NCBI GenBank assembly: GCA_034188985.1
Contig: JAXHVT010000027.1
Location: forward strand, 11,343 to 75,342
Direction: 5' to 3'
Source: Actinomycetota bacterium
Lineage (GTDB): Bacteria > Actinomycetota > Geothermincolia > Geothermincolales > RBG-13-55-18
DNA: 64,000 bases
The notes under the pieces are model-generated. The model saw only the letters and a list, made by a program, of their open reading frames with translations. It was not told the origin of the DNA and ran no database searches. Each line of letters starts with the position of its first letter. The first letter of the stretch is position 1. Shown piece by piece: positions 61,860 through 64,000 of the stretch. The translations under genes and the position numbers were made by a program.

Positions 61860-64000
61860 GTAGCGAGCTCTCGTATCGAAAGCGCGCCGGCTTCAATCAA
61901 CGGTGTAGTCATACAGGTTGAACTCGAAACAGGCACCCTCGTCGCTACAAGCCCTGATGTCTCCCCCGTAAACGTCGACGATCTTTCCGGCTATGGCCAA
62001 GCCAAGGCCGGTATCGCCTTCCTCGCCCCGGGTGAAAGATTCGAACATGGAGTTGGCCTACTCCTTGAAACCGGAGCCATTATCCCCTAACAGGTAGGAG
62101 TAGCCGCCATCGGCCTACCTTCCCCGGTAAACCACGTCGATCCTCGGGGCCTTGCTGTCGTTATGCCTTATATAGTTGGATATGAGATTGCCGAAGAGCT
62201 GGTATACATGGGTGGGATTGGCATGCACCACGCCCAGGTCATCATCTATGAAGAACTCGACTTCCACAAACCTCGCCCGCTCCTCTTTCTCCATGATTAT
62301 CTCCTTGACGACCCTGGATACCTCCACCCGCGAGGCCCTTTCGGGCTTCTGGCCGACCCCTGGCCAGAGCCAGAAGATCATCGATCAATCTCTGCGCTCT
62401 CCGGGTGCTCCTGTTGACGATTTCCACCACTTCCGCCACCCTCTCGAGGGAAATGCCGTCGAAGCCGCCATCCACCATTCTCTCCAGCGTGGCGCCTGCC
62501 GACGCGATAATCGTGAGGGGCACCCTGGGATCGTGGGAGGCCACGCCGGCATAGGCCCCCAGTTCACGATTCAACCTCTTGAGCTCCTCCTCCGCCCGCT
62601 TTCGTTCGGTGACGTCCCGGGAGTTTAATATGATGCCTCTCACGGATGGATCGTGGAGCAGGTTGCGGCCGACGCCCCCGAAAACGCGCCAGGAACCGTT
62701 TTTATAGCGGAAACGGACCTCTATATACTCCGAGTGACCGGGGATTCCAACACCTATGGCGAAAACGTTGACAGCATGCTGTACGTCATCGGGATGCATA
62801 AAATCGAAAACGCTTTTCCCCTCCAGTTCCTCCGCCCCGTAACCGAGGAAGCGTTTCACCGAGGGGCTCTCGTACCTTATAATCCCTTCACCGTCAAGGA
62901 TGCTGATGATGTCGTAGATGTTCTCGATCAGACTGCGGAATCTCTCCTTGTTGGCTTTTGTGTCCCTGATGGCTCATTCACGTTCCACTATCCTGCCCAA
63001 CCTCTCGGCGACGGCGTCGATGATGTCTCTCTCCTCCTTCAGGAAAGGTCCTTCGTAACTCTCAGGCCTCTCCTCTAGGTAACACACCTCGACTAAGCCC
63101 GCACCCTCACCGTCGACCACTATATCGCTGCCCTGCCTCCAACACGATCCTCGCAGCGGGGGGTACCAAACTCCAGGTCCTCGAGCCGGATGCATGCGCG
63201 GGCTACCTACGGATACTGCCATGAATCGGGCAGGAGAGCCGCCGTCTCCCGTAATATCTCCTCGAGAGTGACACCCGGCCTCTCCACTATGCGGGAGATA
63301 CCAATCAGGCGGTTGAGTTCCTCTACCCTCTCCCTGAGATCGTGGGCATATCCTTGAAACTCTTGATCGGCCAGCTTGCGCTCGGTGACGTCTATACCGA
63401 TGCCCAGGGTGGTCCGGCTTTCCCTCGCATATAACCCCTGTGGAGGTTATATCCAGCCAATGCCCCTCTCCGCTCCTAGTGATCATCTTCATCCCGTACC
63501 TTGACTGCTCCTCTTCGCCGAAGACTCGTGCGGCTTCACGCCCCAGTACCATATCTCGGGAATCGAGGTGTACCAGCTGGAACCTGCCCGGTTTTCTCTG
63601 GTCCTCGAGGCTGCAGCCGGTTATCCTCTCGCTGGTGGGATTGACGTAGCGCAACTCGTCGCCCTGGTATATGGCTATGGCGGCCGGTGCCGCGTCGGCC
63701 AGGCTGCGGAACTTCTGTTCGCTTTCCACGAGCTCGGCCGTCCTCTCCTACACCAGTTCTTCTAGGCGGTGGCGATACCGCTCCAGTTCCCGCTCCGCCC
63801 GCTTGCGTCTGTTTATATCCCAGAAGATGCCCAGGACGCCGATGATCTCGCCGTTCTCGTCCTCTACGAGGGTCTTCACGGTCTGAACCACGAACTCCTC
63901 GCCATCATGGATATAGCTCTCCTCCAAGGTTATAGTCTCGCCCGACTCCAGGACCCTTATATCGTCTTCCCGGTACTTGTCGGCTAAATCTTCGGGGAAG
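61860..64000 (-). pseudogene. Fragmented PAS/GAF histidine kinase, 5' end beyond the window
   Basis: PAS fragments, SHDPRVP H-box, NLISN, DNG.G, G.GLG remnants in different frames. Confidence 0.75.

Overview
This is a GC-rich bacterial window. The repeated DUF5719-like surface modules, SmsCB, AbfD-like dehydratase and giant PAS kinase suggest an anaerobic, deep-branching Actinomycetota MAG; that taxonomy is inference only. The main discovery is two radical SAM/SPASM loci, each with a small Cys-containing ORF missing from the supplied ORF track. (1) A cyclase-less lasso-like operon (B2 peptidase, PqqD/RRE, HPr-kinase-like P-loop protein, rSAM/SPASM) ends in a 51-aa ORF carrying the RRE leader motif KPYSKPQI (3772..3927), with a divergent nucleotidyltransferase nearby. 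(2) An RRE-fused rSAM/SPASM is followed by a separately punctuated 21-aa peptide MRITKIPRRKGGTCKCNKSCG (40643..40708). Also present: an intact REP-associated tyrosine transposase (RAYT) with a family of 11 intergenic GGGGTCAGGCACTGACATCGGACATTTT repeats, some of which bracket the RAYT+NTase unit in inverted orientation; a WxL/DUF916-like surface cluster; a 23-aa-repeat solenoid; a minimal SUF pair; many secreted proteins; and about seven decayed genes. Family assignments come from motif recognition by eye, not database searches.
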